From positions 77,449-141,448 of the forward strand of contig JACZTG010000002.1 in the NCBI GenBank assembly GCA_022573815.1: 64,000 bases of DNA, given 5' to 3'. Position numbers and translations under genes: made by a program. Position 1 is the stretch's first letter. Each line of letters starts with the position of its first letter. The notes under the pieces are model-generated. The model did not search any database, was not told the DNA's origin, and saw only the letters and a list, made by a program, of their open reading frames with translations. Shown in pieces: positions 38,987-49,352 of this stretch. Source of the DNA: Fidelibacterota bacterium. Its GTDB lineage: Bacteria; Fidelibacterota; SORT01.

Positions 38987-40065
38987 AATTGTATTCCGAT
39001 ACCCTTATAATAGTCATATAGTTTGCTCACAACGTTGGAAACATCATGATATTTCACGACCCATTTTCTGCCTTCAATCATTTTATCTTTTAATTTTTCA
39101 CGCTCCGAAATCAGTCTGTTCAATTCGGATTTGAGGTTATCGGCAGAAACGTTTACGAAAGGATGATCCGGAATAAAATTAACATATTCCTCGTTCATCT
39201 TGGTGAAACAGACAGCGCCCATTGAAAGAGCCTCAACGCTGTTCATGCCATATCCCCAACCAATATCAGTGATTTGATCGATATAAATATCGCTTCTGGA
39301 TTTTGCTTCCAAGACCTCCGAATGCGGTTTGTCTTCAATAAAGATAAATTTAATTTTTCCTTCGTTTTCCAATTCGGTACATATCCTGAGAATATCATCA
39401 GAGCCTTTTGCCTTACGATTCCGGGTAGCATGAGAAACAGTAATTAAATCATTAGGTTCTGTTCGTGGAATGAAATCGGAAGTAGCAAATGGTAAAAAAA
39501 GATAATGAATCTCAGGATGCATTTGCATAAGATCGAGCTCACTTGTCAGATTCAGATCGCTCAAAGCATCAATAGAAGGGATAACTCCGCGGTTTCGCAT
39601 ATCCTGACCATGATATGTGCATACGATATGCTTTCCCTCGTTTTTCCTTTCAGCGATGAATCTGCCGTCTCTGTAAAATTCCATACCCCATTCGAGGTGA
39701 TAAACGTCATAACCGGATAATTCATATTTTATAATCGCTTTCTTGATATAAAAATTCCAAATAAACTCTCTCATAGTAAAAAATAACGATTCGGCCATGT
39801 TCTTCGGATGCCAGACAGGCGGGAATCCGGTTTTGATAGTCTTACTTCCAAGTTCACCGTGAGTGCGATAGACAAAATTCCGAAGATTATCATATATTTT
39901 TCCTGTGGAAACAAGAGGAAGATTAAGACAAATATCTTCTTCATATCCGCTTGCCGACGGATAAAGAGTAACGAATCTGCAATCGTTACCCCGTTTTTCA
40001 TGTTCTTTTTTCCAGAGAGAAAGAGCGCCCACAGTGTGCTCAGGAGAAATGTAAAGTATCTTCAA
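38983..40065 (-). CDS. putative glycosyltransferase (GT-B, GT1/GT4-like)
   Basis: The C-terminal ...SVEALSMGAVCF resembles the GT-B E-A-x-A-x-G nucleotide-sugar region. The N-terminal half is divergent. Confidence 0.45.
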   Translation of the reverse strand: MKILYISPEHTVGALSLWKKEHEKRGNDCRFVTLYPSASGYEEDICLNLPLVSTGKIYDNLRNFVYRTHGELGSKTIKTGFPPVWHPKNMAESLFFTMREFIWNFYIKKAIIKYELSGYDVYHLEWGMEFYRDGRFIAERKNEGKHIVCTYHGQDMRNRGVIPSIDALSDLNLTSELDLMQMHPEIHYLFLPFATSDFIPRTEPNDLITVSHATRNRKAKGSDDILRICTELENEGKIKFIFIEDKPHSEVLEAKSRSDIYIDQITDIGWGYGMNSVEALSMGAVCFTKMNEEYVNFIPDHPFVNVSADNLKSELNRLISEREKLKDKMIEGRKWVVKYHDVSNVVSKLYDYYKGIGIQF

Positions 40066-41567
40066 CTCTGATTTGTCCTGCCAATCAGTTTCAAACTTAA
40101 ACTCTTCATCTCATTCCATTCGGATTTCAGGAAGAATTTGAATATAAAGAGAAGAACGGGATATGCTAAAAGGATAGCAAATTTGATTTCGATAGTTGCT
40201 TCCGAAAAGTATATCTTGAAAGTAGAAAAAACAATGGCTGTGGATACAAGAATCTTCAGGAGTCTGCTATATTCATATTTGATGTGATAGAATTTTTGTA
40301 CGGTAAAGTATTGAATAATAGTCATCACTCCATAGCCGATAGCTGTCGATATTGCGGCTCCATAAATTCCCAATATAGGTATCAGGATGATGTTCGCCAT
40401 AAAATTTGTTAAGAGCCCCGCTCCGGTAAATATTGGAGTATATTTTGTTTTTTTCTCAATATGAATTCCCGCAGCGAAAATAACGTATGACCCGGAGATC
40501 AAGTAAGAAAATAGAATCCATGGGATTATGAATGTACCTTCCCAATACTTTTCCGCAATTAGATGGAATCCGCCGATGTTGACTCTTACAATGTTATCTA
40601 TAAAGATTGATATGAAAAGGAATATTCCGCATGAGAATAATAAAAAGTATGAAAAAACTCTGGCGAAAGTGCGTTTGGCATCGGGGGAATTACTTAAAGA
40701 TAAAAAGAACGGATGCCACGCAAGCCTGAAAGCGTTGACTATTATTGACATCGCAGCTCCGAGCTTGTAATTGGCGGAGTATAAGGCAACCTTTTCTGCA
40801 TTTATAAATCGTTCGAGCAGAAGCCGATCGCTGAGGTCTATCAATACCACAAAGAGATAGTTGGCAACGTACGGTATTCCGTACTTAACAAATTCTTTAT
40901 ATTTAGCAATTGAAAAATGGAATGTTAAGTTTTTCAATACGAGTGGAATCGTAACTACAAAAGCGCCTATTCCGGCGATTAATGCGGAGTATAAAACTCC
41001 GTTTATGCCAAGTCCCCGCTGAACAATAAAATAATAGCTTAATCCGAGATTAAGAGTCACATTCAGAAAAACCACACCAATATATCCGAGTGATTTATTC
41101 TGTGCCTGAAGAAGCATTTGGGGGAAATGGAAAAGAGCGTCCATAAGGAGTATGAATCCTGCGATAAACAGCATCGGTTGGTAAATTGTATCACGAAGAA
41201 GTATTTCAGCAATAGATGCTGATGAAGTAACTGTTATTAACGTGAGGAGAAGGGTTACTCCGGCAATTCCATAGTAGCAAATGCTGAATATTCTCTTTCG
41301 CTCCTGAGCGTCCGTTTCCGGTACATACCACCTCAAAAATGAAACGTTGAGACCGTAAGTTGTGAATACGGTAGCGATGCCTATGAATGATAGCACCAAG
41401 ATCAATATCCCGTAATCGTGCTGTGAGAGATATGCCGTATGTATCGGTAATAGGATAAATGATGTGAGCCTGCTTAGAACACCCACTCCGTAAATGATGG
41501 AATGTTTGGAAAGTTCTTTTATGTTTTTATTTAATGATTGAGAGGGAGCGTTATCGGAGACTGTCAA
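40062..41567 (-). CDS. polysaccharide biosynthesis protein, Wzx-like MOP flippase
   Basis: About 14 TM helices and MOP-superfamily topology within a glycan operon. Confidence 0.6.
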   Translation of the reverse strand: MTVSDNAPSQSLNKNIKELSKHSIIYGVGVLSRLTSFILLPIHTAYLSQHDYGILILVLSFIGIATVFTTYGLNVSFLRWYVPETDAQERKRIFSICYYGIAGVTLLLTLITVTSSASIAEILLRDTIYQPMLFIAGFILLMDALFHFPQMLLQAQNKSLGYIGVVFLNVTLNLGLSYYFIVQRGLGINGVLYSALIAGIGAFVVTIPLVLKNLTFHFSIAKYKEFVKYGIPYVANYLFVVLIDLSDRLLLERFINAEKVALYSANYKLGAAMSIIVNAFRLAWHPFFLSLSNSPDAKRTFARVFSYFLLFSCGIFLFISIFIDNIVRVNIGGFHLIAEKYWEGTFIIPWILFSYLISGSYVIFAAGIHIEKKTKYTPIFTGAGLLTNFMANIILIPILGIYGAAISTAIGYGVMTIIQYFTVQKFYHIKYEYSRLLKILVSTAIVFSTFKIYFSEATIEIKFAILLAYPVLLFIFKFFLKSEWNEMKSLSLKLIGRTNQS

Positions 41568-43164
41568 TACTCACCTTATAAATTTTAAATAAATGTTCGT
41601 TTTTGTAGAATGCATCGGGATGGTTGGTATGTGTAGTCAACTTCCACAAAAGAAAATTTCTTTTAGTCTCAAATGTCTTCACAAGTTCTGTATTATAATC
41701 AGCTAAAATATGGTTTATTCCTTTGATATTAGCAGCCGGATACATCATGAGCAAATTTTCTTCCCTCTGCCAATATTCATTCATAATAAGATAAGTATCC
41801 GGATGCTTGAATAATATGCTATCTACATTATCAAAGACCGAATACGTTTTTCTATCCGAATAATATTCACCTACCCAGATGTCCTGTCCGATCGCTTCCC
41901 AAATATTGAAGTGTCCATAATAAGGCGATTGAGTCAGAACGGCGCTCTCCGGAGCGGTATTCTCTTTCACCCAGCTGAATGAACTACTCATTGCTGAGAG
42001 ATGCTTTTTATTTGATGAAGCGAGCCTGAATGTTTGAGCTGCAAAAGGCAGTAGAATAGTCAATAGAACGGATATGAGTAAGATTCTTTTTTTGTATGAT
42101 CCAAATTTTGATAAGAACGGTAATTCCCTAATTCTTTTAATGATTTCTTCGCCGCCGACTGCAATCAGGAGAATTAGCGGAGCGGACACAATGAAAAAAT
42201 ATCGCGGAACTACTAAATAGAATATCATTGGCAGAATGCCTAACAGCGTCCAAATCGTCAATAAGGATAGAATTTTCGGACGGTTTCTAATTACGAAATA
42301 TCCGGTAACCAAAAGCGGTATTCCAATGGGAGCATATATATCAAAGGAAAAAAACAGGCGATAAATTATACGAATAGGATTTAGAATAATTTTAAACGTT
42401 TCGGTATCGAACCCGGAAGAAGTCGCAGCGGCGTATTGAATGGGAAATATGTTTCCATACCCAGCGTAGTTAATCTGAAATTGGACAATTGCGAAAGGAA
42501 TCATCGCACCGAAGAAAATAATAATCGGAGTGAGGAAGTTTCGGGATTGTTTAAGAAAATTTGGCAGTTCTCTTTTACGCTTTTCCCAAAGTACGTATAA
42601 AAAGGGAAGTAAGATAAACGTGGCGGATTGATAACGCGTTATCACGGCCATAGAGAAAAACAGTCCGGAAAGAATAATTAATTTTGAAGAATAATGTTCT
42701 CTTAATATGATGAAAAAATAAATTCCTGACAGAGTAAAAAACAGTGCGTGGGTGTCCGATGCCACATTTACCGAGCTAAAGAAAAACGTTTCAGAAAATC
42801 CGAGCAGCAGCGCCGCGGTCAGTCCGGTTCTTCTCGAGAATAGTTCTGCTCCGATGAGATAGAGCATAATCATACCCAACGTGGAAAAGATAATACTTGA
42901 AGCTATTGCTGCGTTAACTCCGCTGAAGAGCAAGAAAAACGGAATGATTGTTAATGAGTATCCAACCGGCCAGATGACAGGTATCCCCATAGCGTAGTAG
43001 CCGTTTCCCGAAAATAGATTTTGAGCGCCGAGAAAATAATTTACCGGATCGCCGTCAAAAAGATATGGTGTGGCGAACAGCAACCTGAAAATTATCGAAG
43101 CGACGAGCAATAGCAACAGATACGGAAAGTGTTGTTTTAAAGTAAGATTATTATTTTCGTTCAT
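41551..43164 (-). CDS. GT-C membrane glycosyltransferase, ArnT/PMT (GT83/GT39)-like
   Basis: Multi-TM N-terminal half with a DGD...GNGYY first-loop motif, followed by a soluble C-terminal domain, as in ArnT and protein O-mannosyltransferases. Confidence 0.5.
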   Translation of the reverse strand: MNENNNLTLKQHFPYLLLLLVASIIFRLLFATPYLFDGDPVNYFLGAQNLFSGNGYYAMGIPVIWPVGYSLTIIPFFLLFSGVNAAIASSIIFSTLGMIMLYLIGAELFSRRTGLTAALLLGFSETFFFSSVNVASDTHALFFTLSGIYFFIILREHYSSKLIILSGLFFSMAVITRYQSATFILLPFLYVLWEKRKRELPNFLKQSRNFLTPIIIFFGAMIPFAIVQFQINYAGYGNIFPIQYAAATSSGFDTETFKIILNPIRIIYRLFFSFDIYAPIGIPLLVTGYFVIRNRPKILSLLTIWTLLGILPMIFYLVVPRYFFIVSAPLILLIAVGGEEIIKRIRELPFLSKFGSYKKRILLISVLLTILLPFAAQTFRLASSNKKHLSAMSSSFSWVKENTAPESAVLTQSPYYGHFNIWEAIGQDIWVGEYYSDRKTYSVFDNVDSILFKHPDTYLIMNEYWQREENLLMMYPAANIKGINHILADYNTELVKTFETKRNFLLWKLTTHTNHPDAFYKNEHLFKIYKVSIDSLR

Positions 43165-43181
43165 TCAGAAAAGTTTACCAT

Positions 43182-44159
43182 TTATAATTCAATCTTGAAT
43201 GTGTCACGGAAAAGACCGCTGGCTCCAAAACTTTCCTTGAACCGACCAAGTCCCCAATTAGGATCCATATCTACCGTGAACGTTCCGAAATCCAAAAATT
43301 TAAATTTCTTTTGGATGGCTCTCTTTATGATATCGTGAAAGAGAAGGTTTACAGCTCTGAATTGTTGATATTTTTCGTCGTGACAAATATAAAAAGCGAT
43401 AATTGCTTTCGGATTACATTCAATCAGTATCACTCCGGCGATCATTTTCCCTTCGGCGAATGCCGCAAGCAGTTCAATCCGATCCGGGAAAAGATTTTTT
43501 AATTTAACTAACTCGTCTATCGTATGAGTTGGAGTTACGCCGTGACGTATGGAAAGGTTGGATTCGAGCAGCTTATAAAATGTGGAATAATCGTCCGATT
43601 CCTGTATTTCCACACCGAGCTTTTGCGCACGGCGGAAAGCTGTTCTTGCCTCTGCTCTGAAATTTTTCAAGTTTGCCGCAAAAGATGGCTTCAGAGAAAG
43701 GACGCTGGAAAGTTCTCTTTTGGAGTGTGAAAAACCGTTTTTAATCAGAGCGAAATCAAGGTTGTTTGATAGCCTGGTCAGATAAATGATTGGCGGCAGA
43801 GTTAGAACTATTTCGTTGAAATTATTTTCCTGAGAGTAATTTTTTAGGGCTTCCACGAGATCAAAAGTCTCTTTCAATCCGGCAGATTCTTCTAACACGA
43901 ATCCGCCGAATGAAGCTCCCCGATGAGAATGAAGAGTTGTTTTTGAACCGTTCCGTACAATACAGGCGGGAAAGGCGGCTACGAGTTTACCGTTCTTATG
44001 AAACAGCAGCGAATGGTCCTCGAACCTGTTTTTTGGATGATACCCCAAAAATCGGCGTAGATGAAATATGGTGCCGTTGTTTGCGGAAGTGACAAACTTA
44101 TCCCACTTTACGCTATCCTTTTCACCGTAAACGGAACACTCAATCATCTTATTAACCAA
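43182..44159 (-). CDS. FemAB-like / GNAT-fold acyltransferase family protein
   Basis: Size and pattern (FHLRRFLGYH...LLFHKNGKLVAAFPA...GASFGG) resemble FemAB/Acetyltransf_6-type proteins seen in glycan loci. The assignment is tentative. Confidence 0.4.
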   Translation of the reverse strand: MVNKMIECSVYGEKDSVKWDKFVTSANNGTIFHLRRFLGYHPKNRFEDHSLLFHKNGKLVAAFPACIVRNGSKTTLHSHRGASFGGFVLEESAGLKETFDLVEALKNYSQENNFNEIVLTLPPIIYLTRLSNNLDFALIKNGFSHSKRELSSVLSLKPSFAANLKNFRAEARTAFRRAQKLGVEIQESDDYSTFYKLLESNLSIRHGVTPTHTIDELVKLKNLFPDRIELLAAFAEGKMIAGVILIECNPKAIIAFYICHDEKYQQFRAVNLLFHDIIKRAIQKKFKFLDFGTFTVDMDPNWGLGRFKESFGASGLFRDTFKIEL

Positions 44160-44287
44160 TTATTTTTTATATTCAATAAGGACCCGACAAATAAGTCGCC
44201 TATAGTAATTTAACATCAAGTTTCATAAATTAGTATAACGATTTACCAAAAATATGATGAATTTAAAATATAAGGAGCGCAGATAAA

Positions 44288-44791
44288 ATGTTAAGTAAAA
44301 CGCTTGAAGATGCTCTGAATGAGCAGGTAAACAAAGAATATTACTCAGCTTTTCTTTATCTATCAATGGCTTCACATTTTGAAACTATCAATATGCTCGG
44401 TATGGCGAGCTGGATGAGAATGCAATATGAAGAAGAAATTATGCATGCTATGAAGATATTCGATATGATCATTGATATGGAGGGTAGGGCAGTATTGAAA
44501 AAAATTGACGGCCCGCCCACTGAATTTGATTCGGTGATAAGCGTGTTTGAACAAACGTTGGAACATGAGCGGAATGTCACAAAAATGATTAACGGAATTT
44601 ATGCACTTGCTCAAAAAGAGAACAATTATGCGGTGCAATCAGCTCTTCAGTGGTTCATTGACGAGCAGGTGGAAGAAGAAAAATCGGTTCTCGAGATAGT
44701 CAATCAATTGAAGATGATAGGTGATGAAACTACTCCTCTGCTTATGTTAGACAGCAAATTGGGCAGCAGGACGGATTCTCCTGAAGCTTGA
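44288..44791 (+). CDS. ftn: non-heme ferritin
   Basis: EQVNKEYYSAFLYLSMASHF...EEEIMHAMK...EHERNV ferroxidase-centre ligands. Confidence 0.85.
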   Translation: MLSKTLEDALNEQVNKEYYSAFLYLSMASHFETINMLGMASWMRMQYEEEIMHAMKIFDMIIDMEGRAVLKKIDGPPTEFDSVISVFEQTLEHERNVTKMINGIYALAQKENNYAVQSALQWFIDEQVEEEKSVLEIVNQLKMIGDETTPLLMLDSKLGSRTDSPEA

Positions 44792-44868
44792 AAATTGCGA
44801 ATTATCTTTTACCGAAAACTTTATTTACTTTCACATTTAATCGGTAAATGAGAAGATAGGGAAAGAGG

Positions 44869-45684
44869 ATGAAAGTCGCCGCTATTCAAATGAACTCCAA
44901 GGATGATGTTTCGGCAAACCTCCAAAGTGCGCTTTCACTCACAGCCGAAGCTGCGCAAAATAGCGCTGAGTTTGTAGCGTTTCCTGAAAATATGCTTTAT
45001 ATCGGATCCGATAAATTCTTCGATTTTGAGGCCGATGGAGAGGAGATAACAGCGCTGGGCAACGCCGCCAAGACTCATAATCTGTATCTACTTGCCGGTT
45101 CAATTCCCGAGCGGATAGAAGACGATGAAAGGCATTACAACACAAGTTTGCTTTTTTCTCCTGACGGAAGTGAATTAGTGCGTTACAGAAAGATTCATCT
45201 GTTTGATGCAGACCTGCCCGATGTAGATCATAAGCGGCTCGAATCGAAACGGGTGAAAGCCGGCGATATGGCAGTAACTACCGATATTCCTTTCGGTAAA
45301 ATCGGGCTTGCTATCTGTTTTGATTTACGTTTCCCGGAGCTGTTCAGAACTCTTGCTTTCGAAGGCGTGGATGCAATATTTTTACCATCAAATTTTACTC
45401 ATTATACAGGGAAAGATCACTGGTTGCCTCTAATAAAAGCGCGCGCAATTGAAAATCAAACTTATATAGTTGCGCCGGCACAAATTGGAGAAAAATCTCA
45501 AGGAGAGGTAAGTCACGGGAAAACTGTCATCGTCGATCCATGGGGGATGGAGATGGCAATAGCAGATGATTTAGATGAAACGATAATCTACGCAGAACTT
45601 GATATGGAAATATTAACTTCTCTTCGCCAAAGGATTCCTGTACTGAAGAGCGCCACTCACTGGCAATCAACTTTTAAGGTTTGA
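44869..45684 (+). CDS. carbon-nitrogen hydrolase (nitrilase/omega-amidase family)
   Basis: Catalytic triad contexts AFPENML (E), RKIHLFD (K) and GLAICFDLRFPE (C). Confidence 0.85.
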   Translation: MKVAAIQMNSKDDVSANLQSALSLTAEAAQNSAEFVAFPENMLYIGSDKFFDFEADGEEITALGNAAKTHNLYLLAGSIPERIEDDERHYNTSLLFSPDGSELVRYRKIHLFDADLPDVDHKRLESKRVKAGDMAVTTDIPFGKIGLAICFDLRFPELFRTLAFEGVDAIFLPSNFTHYTGKDHWLPLIKARAIENQTYIVAPAQIGEKSQGEVSHGKTVIVDPWGMEMAIADDLDETIIYAELDMEILTSLRQRIPVLKSATHWQSTFKV

Positions 45685-47528
45685 GAAAAATTCTGAAGAA
45701 ATTTCTAATTCTTTTATCGGGTCTTGCGCTCATAACGTGTAAGGGCGCTATTGAATCTGCGAAGGAGGGCAGTAATTACCCGATAATCAATACGTCCCCG
45801 GAAATAACGGAAGAAGACGTTTTAAGGCAAATAAAATATCTCGCATCGGATGAGTTGGGAGGCAGGCGTTCAGGAACTCCAAACGGCGTTAAAGCAGCGG
45901 AATATGTAGCCTCAGAATTCAGAAGGATCGGGCTTACTCCAATCGATAAAAACAGTGACTACTTACAACCATTTGTTTTTTCCGCTGAAGCTAAACAGGG
46001 GAAAAATAACTCGTTTTCGGCGATCATAGACGGAAAACAGATAGAGTTCAAACATGAGGATGATTTCAGACCATTACCTCTTTCATCAAACGATGAAACA
46101 AAGGGGGAACTGGTTTTCGCCGGTTACGGAATTTCGCTTAAAGATTCAAGTTATGATGATTATGCGGGTATTGACGCAACCGACAAAATTGTCATAGTTC
46201 TTAGATATTCCCACGACTTTGGAGACATAGCCTCAAAATACAAAGGTTATGTAAGTCTGTCATATAAAATGAAAAATGCTCGTAAGCATGGAGCTGCCGG
46301 CATAATCTTGATTACTCCCTTGAAAGAGAATGAAATAGATGAATTAATAAAATTCAATTATTTAAGATATTCTGATATTGGATTTAAGGTAATAACCATG
46401 AAGAGAACGGCGGTTAACAGACTCATTGCGCCTCTCAATAAGACCATCACTGAATTAGGGAATGAATTGGACGAATCAGGCGTGCCGATGTCGCAAAACA
46501 TTCCCGGAGTAACTGTCACCATAGAATCGGACATTGTGCCTATTCCAAAAAACAGCTTCAACGTTATGGCTTTTTTAGAGGGAAGTGACCCTGAATTAAA
46601 AGATGACTACATTATTATAGGCGCTCATTATGATCATCTCGGTATCGGCGGTCAGGGTTCTCTTGCGCCGGATGAATATGGAACGGTGCACAACGGCGCG
46701 GATGACAACGCTTCAGGGACAGCCGGGATGTTGGAATTGGCAGAGTATTTTTCGGCGAACAGAAAAAAACTCCGCCATTCAATTTTATTCCAGGCATACG
46801 GCGCAGAAGAATCGGGATTACTTGGTTCAAATCATTATGTTAATAATCCGTTAATGCCTCTTGAAAATGCAATCGCAATGTTGAATTTGGATATGATAGG
46901 CAGGGATACAGATACATCAGTCGTAATCAACGGGATATCAGCTTTTCCATTCTGGGAAGCGATTTTGGAGAAGGCGAATTTGAGCGTGGGCTTAAAGATC
47001 GATCGAACCAAACTTTCAGGAGGAAGATCGGACCACTTCTCGTTTAGAAATAAGGGTGTTCCCAGTACATTTTTTTTCACCGGAACGCATAGCGACTATC
47101 ATCGACCCTCAGATGACTGGGAGAAAATAAACTTAAAAGGTGAAGTACGCATTATTAATCTGGTAAGAAACCTGGTTTGGGGTCTTGATGAGCTCGATGA
47201 ATTTGAAGAGACATCCGAACAGATTATGGACGAGAGTCCTTATATTCAGCCGAATCAGATGTCCTTTAGGGTCATCCTTGGAATCTTACCCGACTATGGT
47301 TATTCAGGTGATGGGTTAAAAATCAGCAGTGTCAAAGAAGACGGCGCTGCTTCGAAAGCGGGGATGAAAGACGGCGATATAATAGTTCATATGAGTGATA
47401 AAGATGTTTCTAATATTGAAGATTATATGAGTATTTTGCAGCAGCTTGAGCCGGGCGAAGAAGTGGCATTATCAGTTAAACGGGGAGCCCAAATCATTGA
47501 GCTTAATGCCACAGTTCAAAGTCCATAA
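45681..47528 (+). CDS. M28-family aminopeptidase with PA domain and C-terminal PDZ domain
   Basis: Lipoprotein/signal N-terminus. HYDHLG and GADDNASGTAGMLE zinc-site motifs. C-terminal PDZ (GDGLKISSVKEDGAASKAGMKDGDII). Confidence 0.8.
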   Translation: MRKILKKFLILLSGLALITCKGAIESAKEGSNYPIINTSPEITEEDVLRQIKYLASDELGGRRSGTPNGVKAAEYVASEFRRIGLTPIDKNSDYLQPFVFSAEAKQGKNNSFSAIIDGKQIEFKHEDDFRPLPLSSNDETKGELVFAGYGISLKDSSYDDYAGIDATDKIVIVLRYSHDFGDIASKYKGYVSLSYKMKNARKHGAAGIILITPLKENEIDELIKFNYLRYSDIGFKVITMKRTAVNRLIAPLNKTITELGNELDESGVPMSQNIPGVTVTIESDIVPIPKNSFNVMAFLEGSDPELKDDYIIIGAHYDHLGIGGQGSLAPDEYGTVHNGADDNASGTAGMLELAEYFSANRKKLRHSILFQAYGAEESGLLGSNHYVNNPLMPLENAIAMLNLDMIGRDTDTSVVINGISAFPFWEAILEKANLSVGLKIDRTKLSGGRSDHFSFRNKGVPSTFFFTGTHSDYHRPSDDWEKINLKGEVRIINLVRNLVWGLDELDEFEETSEQIMDESPYIQPNQMSFRVILGILPDYGYSGDGLKISSVKEDGAASKAGMKDGDIIVHMSDKDVSNIEDYMSILQQLEPGEEVALSVKRGAQIIELNATVQSP

Positions 47529-47543
47529 AAGAGAGATAAACAT

Positions 47544-49352
47544 ATGAAGAAAATATTATCCTCCTTCGCTATTAATTTACTGCTTCCGGTTATTCTATTT
47601 TCGCAATCAATAACTTACACCCTGTCGATGCCCGAGCCGTGGACGCACTATTTCCATGTGACTCAGACTATTAAAGGCGAGCGAAAAAGGAGCATTGACT
47701 TTGTGATGCCTGTCTGGATTCCGGGTTCTTACAAGGTAAGGGATTATCCCAAAAACGTCGAGGGATTCACTGCTCACAGTGATAAATCTGAAAATCTGAA
47801 ATGGGAGAAGTTAGATAAGAATACGTGGCGTGTGTTCAGCGAAAAGGCAAAACAAGTAACTATCAGCTATAGGGTCTATGCTTTCGAAAAAAGCGTAAGA
47901 GAGTCGTTTTTAGATGATTCCCACGGTTTTGCTTCACCTCCGGGTTTATTTATGTATGTTGATAATCTTAGAGGTAAGCGGGCAAAACTCGTGATTGATC
48001 CGTATGATGATTTTTCTACCATCTCAACAGGTCTCGAGGCAAGCCCGGAAGATAAATATACTTTCGAAATTCCTAATTATGATATTCTTATAGATTCCCC
48101 TATAGAGATAGGCAATCAGAAATTGTTTCTATTTGATGTGGACGGTGTACCACATGAGATTGCCATATACGGCGAAGGGAATTATGATTCTGTTATGGTA
48201 GCAGAAATAAAAATGATCACAGAAAGTACGATAAAGATCTTCGGAGAAATACCTTATAAACGTTATGTGTTCATAGTACATCTTGCAAAATCCAACAGAG
48301 GCGCTATCGAACATCTAAACTCGGCAGTTTATATTTACGGAAGATGGAATTTTCAACCCGAAAAAAAGAGAAAAGCGTGGAGAAGTGTGGTAGCGCACGA
48401 AATGTTTCATACCTATAATGTCAAGAGAATCAGGGCACGGGCGCTGGGACCCTTTGACTACACAGCGGAAAATTATACGTCACTTCTCTGGGTTATGGAG
48501 GGATTCACCAGTTATTTTGGCTCACGGATACTACTGGATGCGGGATTATTAACAAGTGATGAATATCGCGAAAAAATGGCTTCCCTAATTAAAAAAGTTT
48601 CCACGCGGAAAGGAGATAAGTATCAATCAGTATCTGCTGCATCATTTGATGCGTGGATACGCTATTATCAGCCGAATGAAAATTCTCGCAATAGTGAGGT
48701 CAGCTATTACGACAAAGGGAACTTACTGGGGATGCTATTGGACCTCGAAATCCGATACTCTTCTAAAAATGAAAGATCGCTTGCTGACGTTATGAGGCGG
48801 CTTTATTCGGAATACTATAAAAAGAAAAAAAGAGGTTTCTCCAAAGAGGAATTCAAAAAAGAAGTGCAAAGAGCGGCAGGGAAAAAATTGGATAACTTTT
48901 TCAGAGATTATGTAAACGGTACAAAGGAAATTGATTACGATAAATATTTGTTATATGCCGGACTTGAGTTAGATAAAATTTCGACAGTCTCGAAGGCTAC
49001 AGATCTTCTTGGGGTTGCTACAAGCGGAACAGGGGGAAAACTAACAATCACACGGGTTGTGCGCGATTCGCCTGCGTGGAATTACGGTCTGAATGTTAAT
49101 GATGAAATTATAGCCATAAACGACCTTCGTGTCAGCAAATCAGATTTCGCTAAAACGCTGAATAGATTTGACGCCGGAGAGAAATTGAAATTTACCCTTG
49201 TCAGAAACGATTGGTTAAGAGATATAGATGTTGTAGTGGCTGAATCATCTGAAGAAGAATACTTTCTCTTCCCCATAGAAGAGCCGACCGAGCTGCAAAA
49301 AGCGATTTACGAATCATTTTTTATGATTGAGGTGACGGAAGAAGAGGACTAA
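47544..49352 (+). CDS. M61-family glycyl aminopeptidase with C-terminal PDZ domain
   Basis: Signal peptide. VVAHEMFHTYNV (HEXXH). C-terminal PDZ (LTITRVVRDSPAWNYGLNVNDEIIAIN). Confidence 0.75.
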   Translation: MKKILSSFAINLLLPVILFSQSITYTLSMPEPWTHYFHVTQTIKGERKRSIDFVMPVWIPGSYKVRDYPKNVEGFTAHSDKSENLKWEKLDKNTWRVFSEKAKQVTISYRVYAFEKSVRESFLDDSHGFASPPGLFMYVDNLRGKRAKLVIDPYDDFSTISTGLEASPEDKYTFEIPNYDILIDSPIEIGNQKLFLFDVDGVPHEIAIYGEGNYDSVMVAEIKMITESTIKIFGEIPYKRYVFIVHLAKSNRGAIEHLNSAVYIYGRWNFQPEKKRKAWRSVVAHEMFHTYNVKRIRARALGPFDYTAENYTSLLWVMEGFTSYFGSRILLDAGLLTSDEYREKMASLIKKVSTRKGDKYQSVSAASFDAWIRYYQPNENSRNSEVSYYDKGNLLGMLLDLEIRYSSKNERSLADVMRRLYSEYYKKKKRGFSKEEFKKEVQRAAGKKLDNFFRDYVNGTKEIDYDKYLLYAGLELDKISTVSKATDLLGVATSGTGGKLTITRVVRDSPAWNYGLNVNDEIIAINDLRVSKSDFAKTLNRFDAGEKLKFTLVRNDWLRDIDVVVAESSEEEYFLFPIEEPTELQKAIYESFFMIEVTEEED

